Positions 46,601 to 58,200 of a stretch of DNA of 64,000 nt are shown piece by piece; position 1 is the first letter of the stretch, and each line of letters opens with the position of its first letter. The stretch is taken from assembly GCA_049318005.1 (NCBI GenBank), contig JBMOHE010000001.1:117995-181994 (forward strand), written 5' to 3'. The stretch is from Patescibacteria group bacterium (GTDB lineage: Bacteria; Patescibacteriota; Patescibacteriia; Patescibacteriales; UBA12465). Under the pieces are notes generated by a model. It was not told the origin of the DNA, searched no databases, and saw only the letters and a program-made list of their open reading frames with translations. The translations under genes were made by a program, and so were the position numbers.

Positions 46601-47350
46601 GGCAAATTTAAATTTAAAATCAGGGTTAGTTATTCCGATACCAATATAATTATCAGAATTTATAGTAAATGCGGAAACACTTTGGCTACTTTGTTTAACA
46701 GAAGAACCCGCCGCTACGCCTGAATCATAATCTAATTTAAGAATAGAAGCTGACCCGACGCAGCTATTAGAACAAGCATCAAAATAAGTACCACTTACAG
46801 GACACGACTTAACTGAGACACAAGCCGCTTCAGAGACAGTACTGGTGTTTCTTGATGAACAAATTAAATAACCTAAGCCATTAGCGCCACCAGTAGTAGC
46901 ACAGGAAGAACAGGTGTCGTAAGTGCCGCAAGCTGCAACATAATTAGAACAGTTAGGGATAGCCGTTCCGGGATGAGTTGCTTGGCAAGTTACATTTACT
47001 GGCGAGCTTGAATAACCACTGTCACATTTAACGTAAGTGCCCGCCGTACAAGACGTACAAGTTCCACAATTATCCCAAGCCGAACAACCAGGTAAGGCTT
47101 GCAACTGAGGGGCAGTTTGACCCTCCGAAGTACAGCGATTACTTATAGCAGCTTGAGTATTACAATGCTCAGACAAAGAACCAGTATCTCCAGTACAATA
47201 ATAACTTCCTGAGTCACAAGAATATCCAGATCCATTTCCAGAGCTACAAACTAAAGCCAAGGCTGATATCGGATTATATGCAAAAACAAAAAAACCAAAT
47301 AAAAAAATGGAAAAAGATATTCTTATGTAATTTCGAAACATGTCTTTCAT
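43610..47350 (-). CDS. Secreted giant fibre-like protein (1246 aa): Cys-rich N-terminal region plus GIGTTNP-type repeats, with a unique C-terminus.
   Basis: Signal peptide; a roughly 200-aa N-terminal region with more than 30 Cys; repeated ..GNVGIGTTNP/..GIGVTNP..KL.. modules; the shared junction motif SGDTINVGGGQIGGL..TQINDDQAVSL.YL. Confidence 0.75.
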   Translation of the reverse strand: MKDMFRNYIRISFSIFLFGFFVFAYNPISALALVCSSGNGSGYSCDSGSYYCTGDTGSLSEHCNTQAAISNRCTSEGQTAPQLQALPGCSAWDNCGTCTSCTAGTYVKCDSGYSSSPVNVTCQATHPGTAIPNCSNYVAACGTYDTCSSCATTGGANGLGYLICSSRNTSTVSEAACVSVKSCPVSGTYFDACSNSCVGSASILKLDYDSGVAAGSSVKQSSQSVSAFTINSDNYIGIGITNPDFKFKFATTSNQVINVAGGQVGGLNSVQVSRDQAVSLAYLQDNYNATTTSFWKGSLAGDMWNANTGSVIIGTSTSNNTIIKSGANNDVLNILYQASSRVLLSPNALSAFGSNGVAATGGIRLGEGTNYSYLVGNGTNLLLNPLAGNVGIGTTNPRVKLEVGTNDGVNASIVAGNIIEIAGLSEVAQAADITITAGTLVNGGPTAKNGSGYWNIPSFPATITFNTRGWWTYAGMSFTAANVHNYPDGGGAKLPASFLVEASSDGVTWTTVDDVTGYTSALYYKSSVISGSGKWVRITATAPQSGETTAKLANVQIFNGQRSGKGPFSLSAEGNAVFLGGKVGIGAIKPLSQLGVLGNASIGATYGAIAAPTSGLIVEGSVGIGVTDPKTKLHTSGDITFGALTVGSIHSGQLLGSVSLSPVSVRQTFGTDGTGWQYRIAKDTAGVIADLFTIQDNGYVGIGSTTPNTKLSISQASSGDTINVGGGQIGGLSLTQINDDQAVSLYYLKNNYNSTTTKFWAGSLTGDMWSANSGNIGIGVTNPLSKLQIGATTTAATITPLALSLGGTYSSVAGANPKLKLFDNGVNFYGMGVSANQFDFMAPANAGYSWNINGIEKVRIDSNGDFRLVGGYLRTSVGGSSGSNLIAISADAWKTRTNFWLPEVWSTTASITIVDAPAGAVVPTGKVHQFDTTSGGGYVIDQLIPIDPNVTYYGKIWAAKVSGTGVFYAGYTAYDKDGVAIAGNGGTRGYFIASAANPASTGAWYYNKIKGEGTNSNQFPVGTRYIKPLIIVNFNAAGVMQVGGFEISDRAFEYNSSLDFSTNGTSKLLIDSSGYVGIGTTTPGVRLSLSGGAWDAISGGWTGEILRVNGGRLTGLNLTPITNDEAVSKSYLDSNFNPKYSELTLSHRSVVGAGGTITASSTDSIIGYTSLSGANTLNIPNCTAAGKFYIVVDESGSASSINKIIIDPVGDSKILGVATFELKSAHNSVYIFCNRTEAGVVSWFVL

Positions 47351-47385
47351 GTCTTTATTATATAATAAAAAATAAAAAAATAATA

Positions 47386-50300
47386 TTACTTACAGCAGGC
47401 AAAAGCACGATTAATATCGCAACTTCCTAGCTGACCACTTCCCTTGTTCAAATCCTTCTTCCAAAAAGTTCCAAGCTTCTCAGACCCAGTTGATCCGGCA
47501 ATCCTAATCGTTCTCGCCTCGCAATCATTTGCACTCGCTAAATATCCTGGAGGGCCATTGAATATCCAAACATCCGCATCTGGCATGGTGACGCTTTTGG
47601 CAATTGAATTAAGCATTTCATAAGAGAAACAAACATGTGAGCCAGAGAATTTTGTTGAACAAATAGTATTAGCCTCAACATATCCAGGTGTTCCATCGGC
47701 TGCGCCAAGACCATTCATACCGTTATAAGTTGAGGTGCTCTTACCGACATAAACAGCACTACTTGATAAAGCATAGTTGGCTTGCAAATAACCGAGTGGG
47801 ACCGCTTGATCATTATTTACTGGTGTTAAATCAAGCCCGCCAATTTTACCACCACCAACATTTATAACCTCGCTACTACTTGAACTAATACTTAATCTTA
47901 CCGAAGGACTTGAAGAAGAAATGCCAACGAAACCATTTTGATTTATTCTTAAAAAGTCTAAAGTATCACTATTATTTCTGATTATAAATGGGGAGTAATC
48001 AATACTACTAATAATTCTTAGACCCTCGGTGCTTACAGGGGGATTAATTTGAAGTTTAGCGGCTGGGCTAGTTGTGCCGATGCCGACGTTACCAGTACTT
48101 AAAATACGTAGTCGCTCGGTATTACTCGTTCCTAAAATTAAATCACCGGCATTAAAAGTTCCTATTGCTAATTTTTTTGACGCATCTGCAACACCTTGAC
48201 CGAATATGGCGTGCGTATTTGTTCTACTTATTCCAAATATAGTTCCAGGAGCCGTTGAACCGAAAGAGTTAACAACAAGATAATCATCTTGATTATTTCT
48301 TGCCATTAATCTAACTTGTCCGGAAGCATTAAAATTTTTGAAATCCATTCCTGATATTTTATCAGTATTTGCGGCCACCCCTAAAGCTATGTCCCAAGTT
48401 GCCGCATCACCAGGCTGAGCATAAGCCTGATCTGACTGCTGTAATGTAAATTTAACCGCTGGATTGGTCGTTCCAATTCCGACGTTGCCGCCATCATTTT
48501 TAATTGCAAGAGAACTGCCATATAGTAGCAAGGAGTTAGCCTCATCATAAACTGCTAAACGGGCGTCATTTAAAGCATAGTATAAACCGAATTCTTCGGC
48601 CGAAGATGTTTGCCCATTTCCTAAATAAGCAGAATAATCCCCATCATTAACACTACTCTTAAAGAAAGCTACTGTTCCGGCGCTACTTTCAACTTGAAGC
48701 TTCGTGTTTGGATTAGTTGTCCCAATCCCAACGTTTCCAGTATTTGCACTATAAATATTTCCAGATAAGCTGCCAGCCCAAAGTTTTGTTGAAGTTGCAT
48801 TATAGTTAGCTTGAAGATAGCCGAGTGGAACGGCGTGATCAGGATTAATAGGCGTCAAATCAAGCCCCCCAATTCTACCGCCACTAACGGTAATTGTGTC
48901 TCCGGAAAGTGCCTGCGCGACCGTTAATTTAATCAAGGGGCTAGTCGAGCCAATACCAACGTTACCAGCTGAAGTAATTCTCATTCTCTCAAAAGTATAT
49001 GGATCAACTGAATTATTAGACGTTTCAAAGGCCAAGAAACCAGCATTATTATTGCTCGTTGCTACTTCTTTTTTACCATGAATAGTTGCAAATGGAATTA
49101 AATTTGCAGCGCCAGTAATATACCGGCCACCTAAAACAATAGAACCGCCAACATTAATATTAGGCTCGTCTGTCGTTGAAATAAATAAGTTCCCTCTTTG
49201 ACTAACTCCAACTCCGATCAACTTATTAGTTCCTCTAATATCTAAATTAGTAGATGGACTTAATATACCAATACCAACGTTACCAGCCACATATAAATTT
49301 CTTCCCAAATCTAAATCTTGTGAAAAACTAACACCGCGAAGTCCAGTATTATTTAAATCAACTAATTGATAATAAGTTGAGGTCGCAGCGTTATACGTAG
49401 GAGTTGCGGCTAACTGAGCACCGTTAGTTCCATAAACCGTAATCGGAGTTGGGGTTGTGGCAGTATTAACATAAACATCTACATAGGCATTATAATTTCC
49501 AGGCGTGCTATCAGCGGTAATTCTGATTTTAGTAATTGGACCAGTATTATAACTAAAAGATCTAAGAACATTAATAGATCCAACGCTATCATTTGAGCCA
49601 ATATAAGAACGTATATTATAGTTAAATTCTAATTTCTGCTGAGTATTATCCATTCCAGCGCCAATATATATAGTTCCTCCGTTTGATCCAGTTGGGCCAA
49701 CAATTCTATACCAACCGACCCCAGAAGTCGGGTTAATAGTGGTTTTGCTAGAATAAGCCTGACCATTTAATTTTATATTTCCATTAACTTCTAATTTTTC
49801 TTGCGGATCAGTTGTTCCAATTCCTAAATTTCCACTACCGCCCTTAATAGTTAAGAAATCTAACCCAGCGGTAACATCACGTATATTTAAATAACCATTA
49901 TTCGCATAAAAATTCCAAGTTCTATTGCCAGCTTCAGCAAAACTCAAAAAATTATTAACTCCAGCCGAACCATAAATTTGAAGTTTCGCGCCCGGAGTAG
50001 TTGTTCCTATCCCAATATTTCCAGTATTCATGCTATACATATGACTCGCGAGCGAACCTGCCCAGAATTTTGTTGAAGTTGCGTTATAGTTAGCTTGAAG
50101 ATATCCAAGCGGAACAGCTTGATCAGGATTAAAAGGAGTAGAGGCAAGACCACCGATTTGGCCACCGCCAACATTAATCGTGTCTCCAGAGACAGCTTGA
50201 GAAATGCTTAATTTATAGCTCGGAGTAGTTGAGCCAATTCCAACAAAACCAGCCGCTGATATTCTCATTTTTTCATCACTCGCAGAAACAACGCTCGTAT

Positions 50301-52263
50301 CAAAAACATTACGATTTAAAAATACTATATCACCAACACCGCTACCAGCAGTCCTAACACTACCGATAAATTGTTTAGGATAAAGTCCGCCGTCACCGGT
50401 CGCATAAGTTGAAAGTCTTATACCAGCAAAAATACCAGCTAACCCAGCGCCATTAGTAATAGTTAGGCCGTTGGTTGTCGTCCCCGTACTAGCGTCCGCA
50501 TAATACATATCAAGCGCGGAAGCTGGACTAGTAACCGACAAGCCAACAGTGCCGCCAACATATAGTTTTGCACTTCCCGGGTCAGCGCCGATACCAAAAT
50601 TACCAGAATCTCTCTGAATTGTAACTTTGGTGCTTAAAGCGCCACCATTTTTTGATTGGATTAAAAAATTATTTGTCGCCGCTCCATCATAAAATAAACT
50701 AAAACCATATGGAACACCTGTAACATTTTCATACATTTGGAAACCGGAGGCCTGATTAATATCTGATTCCAACCTAACAAAGGCATTTGTCGCTGAATAT
50801 ACATGAAGTTTTTCGAGTGGATTAGTCGTTCCAATTCCCACATTACCAATATTATCGATACGCATTTTCTCAGCCAAAGTTCCAGTACTTATTGTATTAA
50901 ATAAAATAGCACCATTTTCACTGCCACTAGTTATCCCAGTTGTTTGACCAATAATTGAAGCATAAGTTTTTGCTCCAGAAACACTATTTAATGCATTAAA
51001 TCTGAACCCAATAGTATTGGCTGTATTAGCGGTGGCGTTATTAAAAAACTCCACTATTGGGTTACCGGCACTTGGTAAAAACACCAACCCGCCAACCCAA
51101 TTTGAATAAATTTTAGCTTGATAATCAATACCACTATTTCTACCTTTGAGAATGATGCCGCTATTTGAGCTAGTTGCTAGTGATCTGATTGTTAAATATT
51201 CATCGCCAGTGTTTCCAACGATGTCTAGTTTTGTACTAGGATTAGCAGTTCCAATACCAATATTCCCTCCCTTAAGAATTCTCATTCTCTCGGTATTATT
51301 TGTTTTAAACAAAACATCATAATTATTAGTTGAACCCATCCAGGAAGTATCGTTAGACAAATCATTTCCCGACAATAGCCAACCTAAAGATGTGCTTGCA
51401 CCTTTATATAAGAAGTTACTATCAACATAATATTTTGATACCGCCTGATCGTTATTTAAAGGTGTTAAAGATAAGCCGCCGATTTTGCCAGTTCCAACAT
51501 TTAAAACTTCATCCGAACTAGAACTAAGATGTAATTTATAAGCAGGCTCAGAAGTTCCAATACCTATATATCCAGATAGAGGAATGTATAAGGAAGGTGT
51601 GCCGCTCTGTAGAACAGCAGTTCCAACGGCAGCTTTATTTACCGAGCTGTTTCCAAGTTGAAGCATAGGCAAGGAGCCATCGCAAGCACAAGTATTTTCG
51701 TTCCAGGTTTGATATGAAGTACAAGTATTAGCCGAGCAGACGCCCGTTCCAATACATAAATTACCGCTTGAACAACTTGAACATTTATTCGTAGCGCAGT
51801 TCATAGTTGCGCAATTAGCGGTTTTAGCTAATGTACAATTAAAATTAGGAGATGTTCCGCAAATCTGATGACCAGCATCGCAAGTAGCGCAGCTAATAGC
51901 CGGGCACGTCGTACAGGTTGCACAATTTGCGCCAGGTGTGCAAGTATTGCTCAAACAAGCTCCGCTACAATTAGCATATCCCGAATTACAATTAAGAGTC
52001 CAGGTATTACTAGAACAAGATAAAGTATAATAAGAAGAAGTCGTCGTGGCTGGTTTGTCAGTCCTTTCTGTGGCGCAACGAGCGCCTTCTATAGCCGCGC
52101 TTGTATTACAAAAACTTTCCGGAAAATTACATCTAATACCATCTATCATTGTATTGGTTTGGCAATTATTAATAGTAGTATCAGCCAAAACAGGCAATGC
52201 GAAAAATAAAGAATAAATTCCTATGATGAGCAGTATCGAAAATAATGATCTATATTTTTTCAT
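47386..52263 (-). CDS. Secreted giant fibre-like protein (1625 aa) with a Cys-rich N-terminus, tail-fibre-type repeats and the family C-terminal Cys domain.
   Basis: Signal peptide; N-terminal region with more than 35 Cys; about 12 GN(I/V)GIGT modules; C-terminus ANTICSTKFSGSHVCFSYEMLNSI...WIFNGPPGY..ANDCEARTI...CDINRAFACCK. Confidence 0.75.
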   Translation of the reverse strand: MKKYRSLFSILLIIGIYSLFFALPVLADTTINNCQTNTMIDGIRCNFPESFCNTSAAIEGARCATERTDKPATTTSSYYTLSCSSNTWTLNCNSGYANCSGACLSNTCTPGANCATCTTCPAISCATCDAGHQICGTSPNFNCTLAKTANCATMNCATNKCSSCSSGNLCIGTGVCSANTCTSYQTWNENTCACDGSLPMLQLGNSSVNKAAVGTAVLQSGTPSLYIPLSGYIGIGTSEPAYKLHLSSSSDEVLNVGTGKIGGLSLTPLNNDQAVSKYYVDSNFLYKGASTSLGWLLSGNDLSNDTSWMGSTNNYDVLFKTNNTERMRILKGGNIGIGTANPSTKLDIVGNTGDEYLTIRSLATSSNSGIILKGRNSGIDYQAKIYSNWVGGLVFLPSAGNPIVEFFNNATANTANTIGFRFNALNSVSGAKTYASIIGQTTGITSGSENGAILFNTISTGTLAEKMRIDNIGNVGIGTTNPLEKLHVYSATNAFVRLESDINQASGFQMYENVTGVPYGFSLFYDGAATNNFLIQSKNGGALSTKVTIQRDSGNFGIGADPGSAKLYVGGTVGLSVTSPASALDMYYADASTGTTTNGLTITNGAGLAGIFAGIRLSTYATGDGGLYPKQFIGSVRTAGSGVGDIVFLNRNVFDTSVVSASDEKMRISAAGFVGIGSTTPSYKLSISQAVSGDTINVGGGQIGGLASTPFNPDQAVPLGYLQANYNATSTKFWAGSLASHMYSMNTGNIGIGTTTPGAKLQIYGSAGVNNFLSFAEAGNRTWNFYANNGYLNIRDVTAGLDFLTIKGGSGNLGIGTTDPQEKLEVNGNIKLNGQAYSSKTTINPTSGVGWYRIVGPTGSNGGTIYIGAGMDNTQQKLEFNYNIRSYIGSNDSVGSINVLRSFSYNTGPITKIRITADSTPGNYNAYVDVYVNTATTPTPITVYGTNGAQLAATPTYNAATSTYYQLVDLNNTGLRGVSFSQDLDLGRNLYVAGNVGIGILSPSTNLDIRGTNKLIGVGVSQRGNLFISTTDEPNINVGGSIVLGGRYITGAANLIPFATIHGKKEVATSNNNAGFLAFETSNNSVDPYTFERMRITSAGNVGIGSTSPLIKLTVAQALSGDTITVSGGRIGGLDLTPINPDHAVPLGYLQANYNATSTKLWAGSLSGNIYSANTGNVGIGTTNPNTKLQVESSAGTVAFFKSSVNDGDYSAYLGNGQTSSAEEFGLYYALNDARLAVYDEANSLLLYGSSLAIKNDGGNVGIGTTNPAVKFTLQQSDQAYAQPGDAATWDIALGVAANTDKISGMDFKNFNASGQVRLMARNNQDDYLVVNSFGSTAPGTIFGISRTNTHAIFGQGVADASKKLAIGTFNAGDLILGTSNTERLRILSTGNVGIGTTSPAAKLQINPPVSTEGLRIISSIDYSPFIIRNNSDTLDFLRINQNGFVGISSSSPSVRLSISSSSSEVINVGGGKIGGLDLTPVNNDQAVPLGYLQANYALSSSAVYVGKSTSTYNGMNGLGAADGTPGYVEANTICSTKFSGSHVCFSYEMLNSIAKSVTMPDADVWIFNGPPGYLASANDCEARTIRIAGSTGSEKLGTFWKKDLNKGSGQLGSCDINRAFACCK
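47795..48095. repeat. Near-identical ~300-nt block shared with 59115-59415 (about 88% nucleotide identity) inside two different fibre genes.
   Basis: The segment encoding ...NPAAKLQINPPLSTEGLRI(I/V)SSIDYSPF(I/V)IRNNSDTLDF(L/F)RINQNGFVGISSSSPSVRLSISSSS... is almost identical in the 47386 and 58703 genes, while the flanking sequence diverges. Confidence 0.75.
51255..51535. repeat. Block of about 270 nt shared among three fibre genes (copies near 57480-57760 and 59725-59990).
   Basis: Encodes ...LTP(L/T)NND(Q/H)A(A/V)SKYYVD(N/S)NFL(S/Y)K(E/G)AS(S/T)SLGWLLSGN.L(T/S).D..W(L/M)GS(I/T)N.(Y/W)D..F(K/R)TNN(I/T)ERMRILKGGNIGIG in all three genes. Confidence 0.7.
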
Positions 52264-52292
52264 ATTAAAACTTTATCTTTATTTTATTATTT

Positions 52293-55200
52293 TTATTTAC
52301 AACAAGCAATATTTCTAGAATTATAACAACCAGTTAAAGACCCATAGCCTTGACCGTTAGTTGCATCTTTATGCCAGATAGCTCCGTAATCACTAGCGCC
52401 AGTACTAGTCCAGCCCATACAATCATTACTATTAGAAGTAAACCCTGGAGGTCCGTTACTAATCCACATGCTGCTAGTTGCAATAGTTAAAGTATCTGAA
52501 TTGATTGTGTTTAAAATTTCATAAGAAGTACAAACGTGGCTACTAGAAGCAACTGTATTGCTACAAATAGTATTGGCCGCTAAATATCCTCCCATGTTAC
52601 CTGTATATAGTTGAGTGGTTACACCTCTAAATTTAGGGACACTACTTATAGTACTAGTCGCCTCTGAAACATAAGATTCAAGGAATGATCTAGATACGGC
52701 CTCGTCAGGATATATAGTCGTTAAATTTAAGCCTCTTATTCTTCCTCCGTTAACTGTTAAAATATCGCCAGTCGTTCCGTCGAAACCAGTTATGCTAAGT
52801 CTGCGATCAGGAGTCGTTGTGCCTATTCCAATATAACCATTATAATCAATAGTCATGGCGGTATTGGTAATACCTGATGCCCAAGAATTGCTAGTTCCAA
52901 ACTGCAAAAGAGACCCGACCGGAGTTAACTTCATGGCAACTCTTGCAGCTGGATTTCTAAAACTAGTCTGAGCATAAGAAGTTTGGAAATCTATTGCTGA
53001 ATAATGATTAATAGTATTTTCTGTATATTCTAAATTTTGAAGACCTTTTGTAGTTCCAGTAAACGAAGCTAAACCAACACCCGAAACTTGAAGTTGCGAC
53101 AAAGGATTAGTTGTTCCAATTCCAACATTAGTTCCATTAACAGTTAAGACATCTGTCCAGCTAGGCAAATTTGGCGAAGCCTGTGAATCAGTTTGAATAG
53201 AGAAATAATTTCCATTACCAATTTGTAAATTAACTAAACCGGCTACTGCGCCACCGTAACTACGACGCCAAGTTGCCCCATCATTATAAGCTCCCCAAGT
53301 AATATAATTCATACCGCTTGAAGATTGTGATAATTTAGAATAATTTCCCCAAGCCATCTGATATCCGGAGCCATAAGTTCCACCGCCCAATAAACTAAGA
53401 GCCGGGGTTGAAGTTGATAATAAATTTCTAACATCTAATTTAGCGGCGATGTCGGTTGTTCCGATTCCAACGTTGCCGCTTGACAATATTCTCATCGCTT
53501 CAGTTCCTTGATTAACAAAGAATCCTAATCCTCCATTTGGGCCAGATTGGAACTCCATTAAATTAGAAGACATACCAATACCATATCGGCTACCAGAAGA
53601 TGCGCTAGTAAATAAATCCCACTTTAAATTATTAACGCTACCAGGCGTGCTATTGCCGTATGTCGAACCGAACGAAACATTTACGGGAGTTGCCAAGGCA
53701 GTAGAAGCACCAACACTTCCAAATGTAGCAATTCTACCTGTCGTGCCATAAACTTGAAATTTAACATCAGGCGTCGTTGTCCCAATACCGACGTTATTCG
53801 CTCCATTATTACTATAAATATTTCCACTCTGGCTTCCTCCCCAAAGAGAAGTAGTTACCGCCGTGCTAGTCGAAGTATAGTTAGCCTCTAAATAACCAAG
53901 CGGAACGGCCATATCTTTTCTAGTCGGAGTTGAAGCTAGTCCGCCAATTTGACCACCACCAACGTTTATAACTTCAATAGTAGTAGTCGCAAAACTTAAT
54001 TTTATCGAAGGCGTGCTTGAACCGATACCAACACTTCCGTTATCAGAAACAGATAAAACTGGCGTTAAATATGTTGATGGATTAGCGGTATAGCCCAAAT
54101 TAATAATACTGTTTATATTACCAGCCGCACTACCGCCGCTTATACCCATGTAACTAGGCCCTGAATTATTAAAGACAAATCTATTTACATTAGAAGATCC
54201 TGTGCCATATAAATAGCTAGCCATACTTACCTGGCCCGCACTACTAACGGTAAATTGGTTATTATTTCCAACTGTTAATAACTGCGATGGTGTTGTTGTT
54301 CCAATTCCTACATTACCATTCATTAAGGCTGACAAAACATCTAAATTACTGGATTCATGTCTAAGGCGGAATGTTGTGTCATTAACAGAAGGAATTCCAA
54401 CAGCGAATCCCCACTTCCCGTTCGTAGTGTAAGAATCATCTATAATTAATTTTGTGCCAGTCGTTGGAACCGCGATATGAAGTCTTGCCCCAGGTGTAGT
54501 CGTGCCAATTCCAACATTAGAAGTATTTGCACTATAAATATTTCCGGACAAATTACCTGCCCAGAAACTAGTTGAGGTGGGATTATAGTTAGCCTGAAGA
54601 TAACCAAGAGAAACAGCTTGATCACTGTTTAAAGGAACAGACGCAAGGCCGCCAATCTGACCACCGCCAACATTTATCACTTCAATAGTAGTGGTCGCAA
54701 AACTTAATTTATAATTCGGAGTACTTGAACCGATGCCAAAACGACCATCATTTTTAAATACAAAGTTAGTTGGAACGGCATTGCCGCCAGTGCCAACATA
54801 AAAGCTACCAGGCGTAATCAAAGACATGTCGTTTGAATTACCAGGAGTAGTCACCCAGTAGCCAGCGCCAATTTTACCAGCATATGTGCCATTATTATAG
54901 TATTCAGAATAATAATTAGAAATTCTCATAATGCCATTAACATCAAGCAGCCTGCTTGGCGTTGTAGTTCCAATTCCGACGTTGCCCTGGCCATTAGGCA
55001 TTAATACTAAATTTGACCAAGTACTGGGATTTTTTGTAGCGGAAATCCAGCCATATCCCGGCGTAGTAGCAGTACTATAACCAATTTGCACTTTGGATGT
55101 TCCAGCACCAATAAAGGCTACCCCCGAGTATGAATCGGATAATGGCTCATCGTCGCCCGATACATGAAATTTAGCCTGAGGAGTTGTCGTCCCTATCCCG

Positions 55201-58200
55201 ACGTTGCCATTAGCTAAAATTCGTAACGCCTCAGTTGTCCCCGGAGATAAAATAAGATTAGTGCTTGAATATAAAGTCGTTCCGCTAGAATCAACATTTA
55301 AAGCACCCGCTCTTGTGCCATCTCCGAAGGCCAAGCCATTACTAACGCTATAACCAGTTGAACCTACTGAACCAATTTGTAATCTACTTGCTGGAGTAGT
55401 CGTCCCAATTCCAACATTCAAAGTGTTTGCACTATAAATATTTCCGCCCAAAGACCCGCCCCAAAAGCTAGACGACGTTGCATTATAATTAGCCTGAAGA
55501 TAACCAAGAGGAACAGCCATATCGCTTCTAGTTGGAGTTGAAGCAAGGCCTCCAATCTGACCGCCGCCAACATTTATTACTTCCACAGTACTTGTACCAA
55601 AACTTAATTTAACCGAAGGAGTAGTCGAGCCAATACCTATATTTGTACCATTATCATATAGAACGCTATTAGCCAAAGATGACCCGTTCCATTTCACAAC
55701 CGAACTAGTCGATAAATTATTAGTTAAATTTCCTGAATGCCACAATTTAAAAGTTGTTCCCCAAGAACCATCTGGGCCAGTTCTAAAATATAATTCTGGT
55801 CGGCTCCAAGGAGTATTGTTACCAATAATTTGCCAACTATAATATGAAGAATTCCAACCTCTAATAGTGATCGCTCCTGATTCTGCTCCAAATTCTGGCA
55901 AAACTATAATTCCCGCTGTCAACTTTGCGAAAGGAGAACTACTCGGAGCAGAGCCGACAGAACCAAATCCCAAATAATTAGCAGTTAAATTAGTAACCGT
56001 TGTAGAAGAAATAACTGAAAATGGGGCGGTGCCAGCTGCAACAGTAGAAATCAACTGGTTACTAGTTCTAATTGAGCCAGTTACATCCAATTTAACACCT
56101 GGGTTAGTTGTTCCGATTCCGACGTTGCCATCATTTTTTATAAATAATCTTGTATTTATAGCCCCGAGTAATGGTGCTTTTTGTTGAATAGCAAATGAAT
56201 TATCTGACTTAGATGATACCAATCGATAACCTTCCGCATAATACCAGCTAGCATCATCAAAGTAATAGCCTGGCGCATTACTTAAATCTAATGATGCGGT
56301 TGTACTTGCAATACCAATATTTGATTTTTGAACTTCTAACCCGTATTTTGGATTAGTCGTCCCAACTCCAACATTGGAAGTATTAGCACTATAAATATTT
56401 CCGCCTAAAGATCCTCCCCAAAAACTAGACGACGTTGCGCTATAATTATCTTTAAGATATCCAAGTGGAACGGCCATATCGTTTCTAGTCGGAGTTGAAG
56501 CCAGTCCGCCAATCTGACCACCGCCAAGATTCATAACTTCGCTAGTAGTAGTTGCAAAACTTAATTTATAATTCGGAGTACTTGAACCGATACCAACATA
56601 ACCAGTGCTTTGAACGCTAAATAAATTAGTATTATTATAATCTATTTGGAAAAAGTTAGTTGGAGGGGTTATGCTGCCAGAGTTATTTGTTACTTGAAAT
56701 TTATTTGTAATAAAAGCCAAACGATTAAAAGTAGATCCCGAATAAGCAGAAAAGGCCGTATTACCGCCACTTCTACCTACCTGGAAATAAGACGCGACCA
56801 CAGAATCTGACCAAGTTTGATTCCAATTATCTAAACCTCTAAAAATATTTTGGCCGTTGGCTTGTAAATTAATTTCAGTTGAGTTTGGAGCAGAAATAGA
56901 TGGGCCGCTAGGATCAAATAAAAGTTTGGCAGTGCTACTAGCGACTTCGAACTTTGCGCCTGGCGCCGTTGTTCCAATTCCTAATCTTCCGGTCTCAGTT
57001 AATCTCATTCTCTCGCCAGAACTAACTCCGGAATCATTAGTATTAAAGGTCATGTAATTACTATTTGCATTGTTTCCGCCTTGCCAAAATTGAATATTAG
57101 CTCCACCGCCAGTCCAGTTCGTATTATTGTAAGGAATTCCAATTGCTCTATAATTACCGCTGCCAAGAGTGCCTGATCCAGCGGCAAGCATAATATTCCC
57201 TTCTACCTGAAGTTTTGCCAAAGGATTGGTTGTGCCTATTCCAACATTACCAGTAACTGGATTTAAAAGAAGGTTTGTTCCGTTGCCAACTAAGTAACTA
57301 AAATTAGTTCCATCACCTAATCTAATACCAGCAGACCCATTAGAACCATAAGCCGTTCCAAAGGCGCTATAAGCATTAGGAGAAAGCAAAACACGAGAAC
57401 TAGATTGGTATAAAATATTTAAAACATCATTATCGTTCCCACTTTTTATAATTGTATTATTAGAAGTACTCGTTCCAATTCCGATGTTCCCTCCCTTAAG
57501 AATTCTCATTCTCTCGATATTATTTGTTCTAAACGACACATCCCAATCATTAATTGACCCTAACCAATTATTATCGCTAGTTAAAGTATTGCCCGATAAT
57601 AACCAACCTAGAGATGAGCTTGCTTCTTTCGATAAGAAGTTATTATCAACATAGTATTTAGAAGCAGCTTGATCATTATTTAAAGGTGTTAAATCAAGTC
57701 CACCAATTTTACCGCCACCAATATTTATAACTTCGTCTGAACTTGAACTAATATGTAATTTAAAATTTGGATTAGTAATTCCAACGCCAATATAACCAGA
57801 TGAAGGAATAGTTAAGGATGGTAGAGCTAAACTAGAATTAAATAAAAAGTTATCTGTGCGTAAAGAATCATAACCAATCTTTAATGAGTTAGCTGTTCCC
57901 GTACAATAGTTAGAAGCTGGGGCGCAAGGATCAAAAGTTTGACCGCTTGGACAGGTTTTATTGGCGATACAAATATTTGAGCTAGAGCATTTTGTATAAT
58001 TTGAGTTCTTACAAGTTGAACAAAGATTAGTTGAACATGATCCGCCGCTAGAGAGTAAAATTGCGCAATTATTAACATCCGTTTTACAAGAATCATTTTC
58101 TGCACAAAGAGCGTTTCCGGCCGTACAGCTTGTACAAGGTTGATTAGCTGCGCACTGATTATAGCTTGCACAATTTGTAACTGCACCTGCGGCGCGATTA